Assembly (NCBI GenBank): GCA_965248355.1
Contig: OZ252098.1
Location: 864,001 to 928,000, forward strand
DNA from: Candidatus Latescibacterota bacterium
GTDB taxonomy: Bacteria > Latescibacterota > UBA2968 > UBA8231
Reading direction: 5' to 3'
DNA: 64,000 nt
The notes below the pieces were generated by a model that was not told the origin of the DNA, made no database searches, and saw only the letters and a list, made by a program, of their open reading frames with translations. This document shows positions 10,574 to 21,540 of this stretch, piece after piece; the stretch's first letter is position 1; each line of letters begins with the position of its first letter. The translations under genes were made by a program, and so were the position numbers.

Positions 10574-10951
10574 ATGACTCCCATCGAGATCATCGATGCG
10601 GCCGACGCGCTGGTGGAACCCCGGCACGGCGGCCGCGTACAAGGATGGCCGAGGGTTGCAGCAGTGCTCGGCCGGCATGCGATCGAGGAGGCGCTTCGGC
10701 AATACTGGTCCCTGCGCGAGCCCGGCCTGGAGCGCTGCAGCGGGCGCGCGCAACTGCTGTGCCTTACCGTCTACCTGAGGGACCGCGACCTCGGCCCCGA
10801 GACCTTCGTCGCGTGGTCCGATCTGAGCCGTACCTGTCACCACCATGCATACGAGCTCGCACCTACGGCAGAGGAGCTGCGGAGTTGGCTGGACGTGGCA
10901 CGGCGGTTCACCTGCGAGGTCGCGCGCCAGATCGCTGCCCACCGGAAGTGA
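10574..10951 (+). CDS. Small helical protein, putative HEPN-fold
   Basis: 125 aa; RHAIEEAL near the N-terminus and Rx4H motif (LSRTCHHHAYE); ATGA overlap with the ATPase stop. Confidence 0.55.
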   Translation: MTPIEIIDAADALVEPRHGGRVQGWPRVAAVLGRHAIEEALRQYWSLREPGLERCSGRAQLLCLTVYLRDRDLGPETFVAWSDLSRTCHHHAYELAPTAEELRSWLDVARRFTCEVARQIAAHRK

Positions 10952-11010
10952 TGGCCCGTGCGCTGGCGCAACCGGCGGCCGGCGTTCTTCTCCAACTCCG
11001 GCCTGTTGAC

Positions 11011-12864
11011 GTGATCCGAAGATTCCTTCTGCTGATCACCGCCGCCTCCGCGGCCCCCCTGTCCGCCGCCGTCGACCTGGCCGACCTCGACGAGTGGCGC
11101 ATCGTCGTCGCCCCCGGCGCCATCGCCTCCGAGAAGTACGCGGCACAGGAGTTCCGCACCCACCTGGCCTTGGCGGGAGGCCCCGACCTCGAGATCGTCT
11201 CCCAGGCGGAAGGTCCGGGCGGCCACGTCTTCATCGGTCCGGGCGCCGCAATGGGGAGCCCCGTTGGCTTCGACCTCACCGATTACGGGCCCGAGGATCT
11301 GCGCATCGTCGTGCGTCCCGGCGCCATCGTCGTGGCCGGCGGCCGGCCGCGGGGGACCCTCTACGGGGTCTACACCTTCCTCGAGGACTACCTCGGCGTG
11401 CGCTTCGTCACCGCCGACCACACCCACGTTCCGCCCCTCGGGCCGGAGCGCTGGATCGGTCCCGTGGACCGGGTCTACCGGCCGCCGCTGGAGTGGCGCT
11501 GGTCGGACTTCGAGACCAACTACGCCCGCCCCGATTTCGCCGCGCGGCTGCGGCTGAACGCGGGCCGGGTGGAGGCCATGCCTCCCGGCAGCACCGACTG
11601 GAGCCTGGTTGGCCGCTACGGCGGCCGGTCTCCCGTGCACCTCGTGGAGCACTCCTTCAACGCCCTGCTGCCGCCCTCGGAGTACGCCGTGGACCATCCG
11701 GAGTACTACTGCCTCTACGAGGGCGAGCGCTGGGCCCACCGGCGCTACGAGGACGGGCGCTTTCACGAGGACCTGCAGCCGTGCATGACCCACCCCGAGG
11801 TCCTGCGCCTGATCACCCGTGCGGCCCTGGGGCAGCTAAAGGCCCACCCCAGTCGCATGGATGTCAGCGTCGCCCAGAACGACGGCAGCGTCTGGTGCCA
11901 GTGCCCGTCGTGCCGGGCCCTCAACGAGCGCGAGGGCACCCCCATGGGCTCGCTCCTTACCCTGGTGAACGCCGTCGCCGACGAGGCGGCCGCCGCCCAT
12001 CCGGGGCGGGGCGTGTCGACCCTGGCCTACGACTACAGCGCCCCGCCGCCGCGCTCGCTGCGGCCCCGGGACAACGTCCTGGTCATGTGGTGCAGCATCC
12101 GGGTCTGCTTCATCCACGCCCTGACCGACCCGGCCTGTCCGGACAACGCCGGCCAGTACGCCCAGTTGGCGGCGTGGTCCCGGATCGCGCCGAATCTGTA
12201 CGTGTGGGACTACTACATGAACCACGATCGCCGCGGGTTCCAGTTGCCCCTGCCCAATCTCCGGTGGATCGCCGAGAACGTGCGCGCCGAGGTCGACCTC
12301 GGCGTCCGGGGCCTGTTCACCCAGGCCTTCAGCAGCTCCCACGGCAACGAGTTCGAGGATTTGAGGAACTACCTGCTGAGCCGGCTCATGTGGGATCCCG
12401 GCCTCGACGGGCGGGCGCTCATGGTGGAGTGGCTGGACCTCCACTACGGCCCGGCGGCCCCCCCGATCCGGCGCTGGATCGACCGCCTCCACGACCGGGC
12501 CCTGGCCAGCGGCCGGCACCGCCACAGCCTCGGGGGCCGCTACGACGAGTACGGCCTCGACGAGTCCGACGCCGCCGCCGGCCTGGAGGCGGTGGAGGTG
12601 GCCATGGGGCTGGCCGACAGCGACGCCGTGCGCCGCCGCGTCGAGCAGGCCTCCATCTGGGCCTGGCGGGCCACCCTGGAGCCGGTGTGGTACGCCACGG
12701 GGGAGGTGGACCTCGATCCAGGGCAGGCGGAGGAGCTGCGGGCCCGGGCGGAACACTTCTTCGAGCTGTGCCGCAAGCACGACGTGCGGCGCACCGCCTC
12801 CGGGAGCTGGTTCGCCATCGACAAGGCCGAGAGGCGCGTCCGCGCCGCCATCGGCGACTGGTAG
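11011..12864 (+). CDS. Secreted DUF4838-domain protein (glycoside hydrolase-like)
   Basis: Signal-like N-terminus, RGTLYGVYTFLEDYLGVRF, QND-x4-CQCPSC, TLAY, YVWDYY, LMWDP; start codon uncertain. Confidence 0.75.
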   Translation: MIRRFLLLITAASAAPLSAAVDLADLDEWRIVVAPGAIASEKYAAQEFRTHLALAGGPDLEIVSQAEGPGGHVFIGPGAAMGSPVGFDLTDYGPEDLRIVVRPGAIVVAGGRPRGTLYGVYTFLEDYLGVRFVTADHTHVPPLGPERWIGPVDRVYRPPLEWRWSDFETNYARPDFAARLRLNAGRVEAMPPGSTDWSLVGRYGGRSPVHLVEHSFNALLPPSEYAVDHPEYYCLYEGERWAHRRYEDGRFHEDLQPCMTHPEVLRLITRAALGQLKAHPSRMDVSVAQNDGSVWCQCPSCRALNEREGTPMGSLLTLVNAVADEAAAAHPGRGVSTLAYDYSAPPPRSLRPRDNVLVMWCSIRVCFIHALTDPACPDNAGQYAQLAAWSRIAPNLYVWDYYMNHDRRGFQLPLPNLRWIAENVRAEVDLGVRGLFTQAFSSSHGNEFEDLRNYLLSRLMWDPGLDGRALMVEWLDLHYGPAAPPIRRWIDRLHDRALASGRHRHSLGGRYDEYGLDESDAAAGLEAVEVAMGLADSDAVRRRVEQASIWAWRATLEPVWYATGEVDLDPGQAEELRARAEHFFELCRKHDVRRTASGSWFAIDKAERRVRAAIGDW

Positions 12865-12876
12865 GGAGAGCAGGAC

Positions 12877-13146
12877 ATGGCGAAAGTCTTCATCCCCCGG
12901 CGGCTGCGGCCCCTCAGCGGCGGGCGCTCCCAGATCGGCGTTCCCGGCGCCACGGTGCGCCAGGTGATCGAGGCGCTGGAGGCCGAGTGCCCCGGGATCC
13001 GGGCCCGCCTCTACGACGCCGAGCGCGATGCCCTGGCCCGAGGCATGGCGGTGACCGTGGACGGCGTCACCGGGGAGCTGGGCCTGCTGGAGAAGGTCGG
13101 CCCGGAGAGCGAGGTCCACTTCCTGCCCGCCATCTCCGGCGGCTGA
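12877..13146 (+). CDS. MoaD/ThiS-family ubiquitin-like sulfur carrier
   Basis: 89 aa beta-grasp pattern ending PAISGG; RBS AGGA. Confidence 0.85.
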   Translation: MAKVFIPRRLRPLSGGRSQIGVPGATVRQVIEALEAECPGIRARLYDAERDALARGMAVTVDGVTGELGLLEKVGPESEVHFLPAISGG

Positions 13147-13228
13147 TCTCCGGCGGTTGCCATGGTGTGGGCCAACGGCGTTTTTGATACCACCTTCAGA
13201 AGCCCCACCCCAACCTCAAGACGGACCC

Positions 13229-14584
13229 ATGATTGACGTACGCCGCCTGCGCGCCGAGCCCGATGCCATGCGCCGCGCCATCGCCCTGCGCCGGGTCGAC
13301 CCCGCGCGGGCCGACGTGGACCGCTTTCTCGAGATCGACGCGCAGCGCCGCGCCCTGCAGCAGGAGATCGACGGCCTCAACTCGCAGAAGAAGGAGCTGG
13401 CCCGGCTCGGCCGCACCGACCCCGGGGCGGCGCGCCGGAAGGGCCAGGAGCTGCGGGAGAAGGGACGCGAGCTGGAGACGCGGTTGGCGGAGCTGACGTC
13501 CGAGTGGCAGGCCATCCTCGAGTGGTTCCCCAACTGGCCTCACCCGGAGATGCCCGAGGGCGCCGGCGAGGAGGAGAACGTGGAGGAGTGCGTGTGGCTG
13601 CCGGGCCCCGGCTACCTGCCGCAGGACCAGCTCGGGGCCGGTCCGCACTCGACGACGGCCATGCCCAGGGGCGCCATCCACGGGGAGGGGGACTTCGAGC
13701 CCCGGGACCACTCCGAGCTGTCGGCGGCCCTCGGCGCCGACACCCTGCAGGCCTCCAAGGTCTCGGGCTCGCGCTTCACCTACCTGACCGGGGACCTGGC
13801 GCGCATGCAGTACGCCCTGCAGCAGCTGCTCGCCGACGAGATGCTGCGCCGCGGGTACGAGATGATGGTGCCGCCCCTGCTCGTGCGCGAGCGCGCCCTA
13901 CACGGCACCTCCCATTTCCCCGAGGGCCGCGACCAGGTCTACGCCATCCAGACCGACAACGTCGAGGAGGGGACGCAGCTCTTCCTCGTGGGCTCGTCGG
14001 AGCCGGCCAACTTCAGCTACTTCATGGACCGCACCCTCGACGAGGCGGACCTGCCCATCAAGCTCTTCGCCTTCACCGCCTGCTTCCGCTCCGAGGCCGG
14101 CTCCTGGGGCAAGGACGTGAAGGGCATCAAGCGCCTGCACCAGTTCGACAAGCTGGAGATGAACGCCGTCTGCACCCCCGGCCAGTCCGAGGCGATGTAC
14201 GAGGAGTTCGGCCAGATCAACGAGTGGCTCCTGCAGCAGCTGCAACTGCCCTACCGCATGGTCGACAAGTGCGCGGGCGACGCCGGCTACCTGGCCACCC
14301 ACCGGCAGCGGGACGGCGAGGTGTGGATGCCGGGGACGGGGGAGTTCATGGAGGTCATGACCGACACCAACACCACCGACTACCAGGCCCGCCGGATGGC
14401 GATCCGCTACCGTCCGGCGGAAGGCGGGGGACTGGCCTTCTGCCACACCGTCAACGACACGGGCTGCGCCATGGGCCGCATGCTCATCGCCATCGTCGAG
14501 AACTACCAGCAGGCCGACGGCTCGGTGAAGGTGCCCGAGGTCCTTCAGGCGGTGGTCGGCAAGGAACGGATCCGCCCCTCCTGA
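13229..14584 (+). CDS. serS: Serine--tRNA ligase (divergent)
   Basis: N-terminal coiled coil, motif 2 FRSEAGSWGKD...RLHQFDKLEM, DYQARR, ENYQQADGSVKVPEVL. Confidence 0.9.
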   Translation: MIDVRRLRAEPDAMRRAIALRRVDPARADVDRFLEIDAQRRALQQEIDGLNSQKKELARLGRTDPGAARRKGQELREKGRELETRLAELTSEWQAILEWFPNWPHPEMPEGAGEEENVEECVWLPGPGYLPQDQLGAGPHSTTAMPRGAIHGEGDFEPRDHSELSAALGADTLQASKVSGSRFTYLTGDLARMQYALQQLLADEMLRRGYEMMVPPLLVRERALHGTSHFPEGRDQVYAIQTDNVEEGTQLFLVGSSEPANFSYFMDRTLDEADLPIKLFAFTACFRSEAGSWGKDVKGIKRLHQFDKLEMNAVCTPGQSEAMYEEFGQINEWLLQQLQLPYRMVDKCAGDAGYLATHRQRDGEVWMPGTGEFMEVMTDTNTTDYQARRMAIRYRPAEGGGLAFCHTVNDTGCAMGRMLIAIVENYQQADGSVKVPEVLQAVVGKERIRPS

Positions 14585-14640
14585 ATCCGCGCCCGCCGGC
14601 GACAGGCTGCCGGCGGCCGATCCGCACGAGGTTCCCACCG

Positions 14641-15999
14641 ATGGCAGAGATCCCCCGCATCGGCACCGACCGGCAGCTCTTCGTCGACACCTTCTGGATC
14701 GAGGACAGTCAGGGGGTGGCGCGGCGGCTGCACGAGCCGGTGCGGCGCAACACGGCGATCGCCGGGGACCGCCCCTGGGACCGGGCCGGCGTCTCCTACA
14801 TGACCGTCTTTCCCGACGGCGGGAAGTTCCGCGCCTGGTACCGCTGCGACTGCGAGATGCCGATCCGGGACGATCGGCGCCTGCCCCTGATCGCCTGCGC
14901 CGAGAGTGACGACGGCGTCCACTGGGAGAAGCCGTCCCTGGGCGTGGTCGAGTTCGACGGCTCCACCGACAACAACCTGGTCTGGCGGGGACCCGGCAAC
15001 AATCTGTCCCTGTTCTGCGACGACGGCCCCGGCGTGCCCGCCGAGGAGCGCTACAAGGGCATCGTCCGGACGTCCGATCTCCTCGCCCTGGTGTCGCCCG
15101 ACGGCCTGCGGTGGCGCCAGCGCCGGGAGGCGCCGATCCACACCGAGCGGCCCTTCGACTCCCACAACATCGTCTTCCGCGATCCCTTCCGCGGCGACTA
15201 CGTCATCTACGCCCGCGGGGTCGGCGGCCGGGGCGACTTCAAGGGGGGAGTGCGCTGGGTGCGGCGCTCGACCTCCGCCGACTTCGAGAGCTGGAGCGAG
15301 TGGGAGTCCATCGACGTGGGCCGCGAGCCGGCGGAGCACCTCTACACCAACGCCTGCGTGCCCTACGAGCGCGCCCCGGGGACCTACCTGATGTTCCCCT
15401 CGCGCTTCGTCAAGGAGCGGAAGCCGGTGCCGGACTGGCCCCACGGATCGGGCGTGAACGACATCCTCTTCCTGTCGAGCCGGGACGGCGTGCGCTTCGA
15501 CTGGTCACTCGGGGAGGCCTTCCTCCGCCCCGGCCCCGACCCCGGCAACTGGCACGAGCGCGCCCTCTACATGGAGCACGGCCTGCTGCAGACCGGGCCG
15601 GCGGAGATCTCCCTCTACGGCATGGAGAACTGGCGCCTGCCCTCGAACCGCATCCGGCGCTACACCCTGCGCACCGACGGTTTCGTCTCCGTCCGCGCCG
15701 GCCACGGCGGCGGCGAGTTCGCCACCCGGCCCTTCGTCTTCGCCGGCGACGAGCTGGAGCTCAACTACTCCACATCGGCCGCCGGCTCCCTGGGGGTCGA
15801 GGTTCAGCGGGCCGACGGCTCTCCCATCGAGGGGCGCACCCTCTCCGACTTCGGCGAGCACTACGGCGACGAGATCGACGGCGCCGTGAGCTGGAACGGC
15901 CGCGGGGTGGGGGACCTGGCCGGAGAGCCGGTGCGCCTGCGCTTCACCCTGCAGGACGCCGACCTCTACGCCTTCCGCTTCCGCCAGCGGGCGCGCTGA
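14641..15999 (+). CDS. Glycoside-hydrolase-like beta-propeller protein of unknown function
   Basis: RQLFVD N-terminus, Asp-box-like AESDDGVHWEKP, SPDGLRW, SRDGVRF; LRTDGFVS; C-terminal PVRLRFTLQDADLYAFRF. Confidence 0.7.
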   Translation: MAEIPRIGTDRQLFVDTFWIEDSQGVARRLHEPVRRNTAIAGDRPWDRAGVSYMTVFPDGGKFRAWYRCDCEMPIRDDRRLPLIACAESDDGVHWEKPSLGVVEFDGSTDNNLVWRGPGNNLSLFCDDGPGVPAEERYKGIVRTSDLLALVSPDGLRWRQRREAPIHTERPFDSHNIVFRDPFRGDYVIYARGVGGRGDFKGGVRWVRRSTSADFESWSEWESIDVGREPAEHLYTNACVPYERAPGTYLMFPSRFVKERKPVPDWPHGSGVNDILFLSSRDGVRFDWSLGEAFLRPGPDPGNWHERALYMEHGLLQTGPAEISLYGMENWRLPSNRIRRYTLRTDGFVSVRAGHGGGEFATRPFVFAGDELELNYSTSAAGSLGVEVQRADGSPIEGRTLSDFGEHYGDEIDGAVSWNGRGVGDLAGEPVRLRFTLQDADLYAFRFRQRAR

Positions 16000-16027
16000 A
16001 CCACCACCCGGGCCCTGCCGGGCCGCC

Positions 16028-17752
16028 TCAGCGAAAGTGGGGCGTGTCCCGCAGGTGGTACTCCAGCAGGTGGCCCCGGGCGCCGATGTAGAACACGCCG
16101 TCCTCGAAACCCTCGACGATCTGGTAGAGGTCCGGGATCGGCGCCTTGTCGAGGTGGACGAGGCGCCCGGCGGCGACATCGATCTTGAAGACCGTGCGCT
16201 GTGAGACGCCGTAGATGTCGCCGTCCCGGCCGGCGGTGAGGTGGATGACGCCGTGGGCCTCGGGCACCCCCGCCAGCGGCGTGCCCTTCTCGCGCAGGGT
16301 CCAGCGCGCTATCACCCGCCGTTCCTCGGGGCTGAAGGCGAAGAGACCGCCCGTGTCGGTGGAGCCGTAGACCAGGCCGGTGGCCGAGCTGCAGGCGAGG
16401 TTGCCGACGGCGATCGCCCCCCACTCGGGGATGCACTCGAAGACGCGGCGCTCCTCCCGCGGGCAGAACATGAACAGCCGCGCCTCGGTGGTCGTCTCCA
16501 CGCAGCCGCGGCCGCCGCGGATGCTGGTGCCGCCGTAGACCCAGGTCTCGTCGGAGGCCACCGACTGCACCGACTGGTCCTCGTCGCGAAAGACCCTCCC
16601 TTCCTCGCTTTCCGGATCGAAGCGCGCCAGGCCGCCTCCGGGCACGTGGTAGTTGGCGCGGCAGGCGATGTAGATGCGGCCGTCGGGTCCCACGGTGTAC
16701 TCGAAGGGGCGATTCATCTCCGGGCCGAGGCGGCCGAAGTTGCGCGGGTTGGCCTCCGGGTGCTCGCCGCCGTCCTCGGGACGGGGGTTCCAGGGCCGGG
16801 TCGGGTCGTAGGCCGCGAAGTAGCCGCCGCCGTAGCTGCCCATGTAGACCTTGTCGCCGCAGGCGATGACGTCGTAGATCTCGCCGCCGCTCCAGCCGAC
16901 CTTGCCCAGGTCCTCCAGGTGCCGCGAGACCGGGTCGAAGCGGAAGATGTGCATGGAGATGATGGTGGCGCCGTAGATGCGGCCGTCGGGTCCGCGGTGC
17001 AGGCCGCAAATGTCGGTGGCCACGGTGGGCCGGTAGTCGGCCTGCCGGGGCTCCCCGTCCATGGTGTATGAGCATCCTTCCTGGCGGAAGCTGGAAGCCG
17101 CGATGCTGCGGCTGACGGCGGCGGGGGAGGGGGCCGGCTCGGGGTCCTCGCCGTCGGCCAGGACGCGCGTGGCCTCGCTGGCCGGGTCGTAGGCGACGCG
17201 GCTCGAGGGATCGCGCTGGATGCCGCAGACCACCTCGCCTCCGGCGGAGACGTGCTTGGGGCTGCACCAGATCTGCTGGCCGGGCACGTGGGGCGGCGGC
17301 GCCTGCACGCCGTGGTCGTGCCAGGTGTCGGCCTCCGGGTCGTAGCTGACCAGCCGTCCCTGGGGATGGGTCCCGAGCCAGACGCGGCCGTCGGGTCCGA
17401 CCACGGCGTTGTAGAACCGCTGCTGGCTCATGAGGGGGAAGCCGTGGGAGCGCAGTCCGTGCTCCGGCGTCCAGGACTGCAGCACGTGGCCGTACTCGTA
17501 GATCCCGTGGAGGGTGTGCACCCACAGAGTGCCGTTGCGGGGATCGACGTTGCACTGGAACTCGCGGCCGCAGATCCAGTGGCGCTCGACGATCTCGCCC
17601 GTGTCGACGTCGATGCCGAAGAGGATCGAGCCCTCCTGGCCGAACTCGCCGCCCCAGAGGATGTCGATGCCGCGCCTCTCGTCCCGCGACACCCAGCCGC
17701 CGCCCATCCAGCCTCCCACCACGGGACGGCCCACGTCGTAGAACACACCCAT
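16028..17752 (-). CDS. Beta-propeller repeat protein
   Basis: Repeated GPDGRIY/GPDGRVW blades and YDP/FDP motifs; RBS GAGG before ATG 17752. Confidence 0.7.
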   Translation of the reverse strand: MGVFYDVGRPVVGGWMGGGWVSRDERRGIDILWGGEFGQEGSILFGIDVDTGEIVERHWICGREFQCNVDPRNGTLWVHTLHGIYEYGHVLQSWTPEHGLRSHGFPLMSQQRFYNAVVGPDGRVWLGTHPQGRLVSYDPEADTWHDHGVQAPPPHVPGQQIWCSPKHVSAGGEVVCGIQRDPSSRVAYDPASEATRVLADGEDPEPAPSPAAVSRSIAASSFRQEGCSYTMDGEPRQADYRPTVATDICGLHRGPDGRIYGATIISMHIFRFDPVSRHLEDLGKVGWSGGEIYDVIACGDKVYMGSYGGGYFAAYDPTRPWNPRPEDGGEHPEANPRNFGRLGPEMNRPFEYTVGPDGRIYIACRANYHVPGGGLARFDPESEEGRVFRDEDQSVQSVASDETWVYGGTSIRGGRGCVETTTEARLFMFCPREERRVFECIPEWGAIAVGNLACSSATGLVYGSTDTGGLFAFSPEERRVIARWTLREKGTPLAGVPEAHGVIHLTAGRDGDIYGVSQRTVFKIDVAAGRLVHLDKAPIPDLYQIVEGFEDGVFYIGARGHLLEYHLRDTPHFR

Positions 17753-17781
17753 CTTCGTTTTTCCTCGGTTTGGAGTTCGCG

Positions 17782-18756
17782 CTACGGGGCCAGCCAGCCG
17801 CCGCTGTCGCGGAAGGCCGGGAAGCGCAGGACCTGGGCCGCCGTGCCCCCCATGAGCCGGGCGCGCTCCTCCGGCGCCAGGTCGGGAAACACCTCGTCGG
17901 GCAGCCGCACGACCTCGCCGTAACCGGGATCGACGTCGATCCACGGGAAGTCGGTGGCCCACATCATCCGGCCGGCGCCGAAGACCATGCGCAGGCTGGC
18001 GCCCCAGCCGGCCAGGTCGGGGTAGGGGTAGGTCTGCCTGGTGAAGGCGTAGTGCCCGGAGAAGTGGACGTACACGTTCGGGTAGGGATAGGAACCCCGC
18101 GTGTTGTGGAGGATGCGCCCCACCTTCAGGCCCAGGGTCGAGTAGCGGGTCTCCGGCGGCATGGGCACGTCGGCCTGGGGGCGGCCCTTCTCGTCCCACC
18201 AGAACCTCGGCCCCGGGCAGACCATGAGGTGGTTGAAGACGACGCGCACCTGGGGGAAGGCCTCGAAGAGGTGGGGGACCACGTGGGCGTCCACGGCCCG
18301 AGGGTAGAGCCAGATGACGTAGTCGCGCCGGGCGGCGTGCTCCCAGATGGGGAACACGGGCAGGCGGCGCACGTCCACGGGCTCGAAGGGGTCGGCGGGA
18401 CCGCCCAGCCGGCTCAGGCGGACTCCGATGACGCGTCCGTCGCTGGCCTCGGCGAGCCGGTCCATGTGGGCGCCGGCGTCCTCGCAGTCCGGGGGGACGA
18501 GGCCGATGCCGAGGAAGCGGTCCGGGTGCTCCCGCAGGCAGTGGAGCAGGTAGGCGTGGCGCTCGAAGCTCGTGCCCCCGATCTGCACGAGCACGGCGCC
18601 GTCCACGCCGTGGCTCTCCATGCGCTCCAGGAGCCGCTCTACCGGGGCCTCGCGCTCGGCGGGCAGGTGGTCGTTCACCTCCCGGGGGAACTCGGGGCTC
18701 TGCCGCGCGAAGACGTGCAGGTGGGCGTCGATGACGGGCGCGCGCCGGTCTTTCAC
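17782..18756 (-). CDS. Amidohydrolase family 2 protein
   Basis: IDAHLH, VFNH, MWATDFPW; GTGA overlap with upstream gene. Confidence 0.85.
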   Translation of the reverse strand: MKDRRAPVIDAHLHVFARQSPEFPREVNDHLPAEREAPVERLLERMESHGVDGAVLVQIGGTSFERHAYLLHCLREHPDRFLGIGLVPPDCEDAGAHMDRLAEASDGRVIGVRLSRLGGPADPFEPVDVRRLPVFPIWEHAARRDYVIWLYPRAVDAHVVPHLFEAFPQVRVVFNHLMVCPGPRFWWDEKGRPQADVPMPPETRYSTLGLKVGRILHNTRGSYPYPNVYVHFSGHYAFTRQTYPYPDLAGWGASLRMVFGAGRMMWATDFPWIDVDPGYGEVVRLPDEVFPDLAPEERARLMGGTAAQVLRFPAFRDSGGWLAP

Positions 18757-19493
18757 GGGGCGGTCTCTCCCTGCGGCCGCGGCTCCCGGCGAAAGAGCTG
18801 GCGGCGGTCGGCGGTGGTGAGGCGGTCGGCGAAGCGGGCGAAGGCGCCGGGGTTGAAGGTGGCCTCGCTGTAGACCTCGTAGATGAGGATGATGGACCGC
18901 CGTCCCTGCCGCGACCGGTTCGCCATGGAGGTGTGCAGGCCGTAGCTGTTGAACAGGACCGCCGTCCCGGCCTCTCCTTCGAAGAGACGGTGTCCCGGCA
19001 TGGCCTCCGGTTCGGCCACCAGCGGCCAGGGGCCGCTGTCGGGCCGGTGGCTGCCGGGCACGTAGGCGAAGGCGCCCTCCCGGCGCGAGACCGGGTCCAG
19101 GTAGATCTGCACCTTCAGGTGCAGGGGGGTGGAGCGCGGAATATCGTAGTGCCATCCCACGTAGCTGAGGGGGGCCGGCGGCAGGGTGCGGAACTGGGGC
19201 CCCACGAAGGTCGCCTGGCCGCCGGTGAAGGCCATGAGGTGACCGTACCAGGACGGGTGATCGACGAGGTCGAGGAAGAGCGGGTCCCGCGACAGGGGGT
19301 CGGGGATGTCGAAGAACGCCGCCGGCCGCGTGCCCTCGGAGACCCCCTCCAGCCAGTCCGGCCGGGCCTCGGCGGCTTGCCGGGCGAAGGCCTCCTGAAC
19401 CCGCGACAGCTCCTCTCCGGACAGGGCTCCGGGCAGGGGCACCACGCCGTCGGCGCGCCACTGGGCGGTCTGCTCGGGGGTCGGTCCGTTCAC
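18753..19493 (-). CDS. Phytanoyl-CoA dioxygenase (PhyH) family Fe/2OG enzyme
   Basis: WHYD (HxD), VPGSH, GLHTS...NRS...RRS. Confidence 0.85.
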   Translation of the reverse strand: MNGPTPEQTAQWRADGVVPLPGALSGEELSRVQEAFARQAAEARPDWLEGVSEGTRPAAFFDIPDPLSRDPLFLDLVDHPSWYGHLMAFTGGQATFVGPQFRTLPPAPLSYVGWHYDIPRSTPLHLKVQIYLDPVSRREGAFAYVPGSHRPDSGPWPLVAEPEAMPGHRLFEGEAGTAVLFNSYGLHTSMANRSRQGRRSIILIYEVYSEATFNPGAFARFADRLTTADRRQLFRREPRPQGETAP

Positions 19494-19629
19494 GGCGTGG
19501 GCTCCTTTCGGGGGCCCCAAGTTAGCGATCGCTCCCGCCGGGGCGCCAACGCGCCCCGGGGCTCATTTTGACCCTGCCGGGGGGCCGGCTATCTTGGCCG
19601 CGCTGCTCACCCCAACGAGGAGGATTCCC

Positions 19630-19991
19630 TTGGTCATCCGCAGCTGGCACGACGCGAAGCCCCACGTGGGCCACGAGAACAAGATCATCTGGTCCATCTT
19701 CCGCTCGAAAGGCGCCGACCTGGAGAAGGAGGAGGCGTGCCTGCTCGGGCTCTCCGGGCTCACCGTGCACCGCCTGCAGCCGGGCTGCGACGGGGACTAC
19801 CACGACCACGAAAACAAGGAGCAGGTCTACTACTTCACCGAGGGCCGGGCGAAGATGAAGATCGACGGGGAGATGCACGAGGTGGGCGCCGGCGACGCCG
19901 TCCACCTGCCGCCGAAGTGCAAGCACCAGATCGTCAACGACACCGACGACTGGGTGGAGCACCTGATCATCAGCGCCACGGTGCCCGGCCG

Positions 19992-19995
<4 letters not shown>
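19630..19995 (+). CDS. Cupin-domain protein
   Basis: HDHENKEQVYYFTEG and GDAVHLPPKCKHQI; RBS GAGGAGG before TTG. Confidence 0.85.
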
Positions 19996-21491
<1,496 letters not shown>

Positions 21492-21540
21492 GGGCCGTCC
21501 AGGCACCTGCGCCGCCGGGCAGCCGCTCCGCGTCCGGAGG

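Larger units (their letters stand above)
6671..10577 (+). pseudogene. Rad50/SbcC/RloC-like ABC-ATPase with zinc hook, interrupted by IS256 (segments 6671-8057 and 9490-10577)
   Basis: Walker A GRNGSGKSS, coiled coils, CPVC hook, signature MSQGE, Walker B/D-loop VVIDDPVQAMD, FTHD; excising the IS restores LIEHL-EEEH in frame (824 aa). Confidence 0.85.

Noticed and set aside
1..10951. Prophage or integrative element boundaries for the defence island
   Set aside because: No integrase, phage structural genes or flanking att repeats visible; the left end lies outside the window.
12877..14584. MoaD-like protein plus SerRS as an amino acid:carrier-protein ligase system
   Set aside because: The SerRS keeps its tRNA-binding coiled coil, and the small protein is ubiquitin-like with no phosphopantetheine Ser motif.
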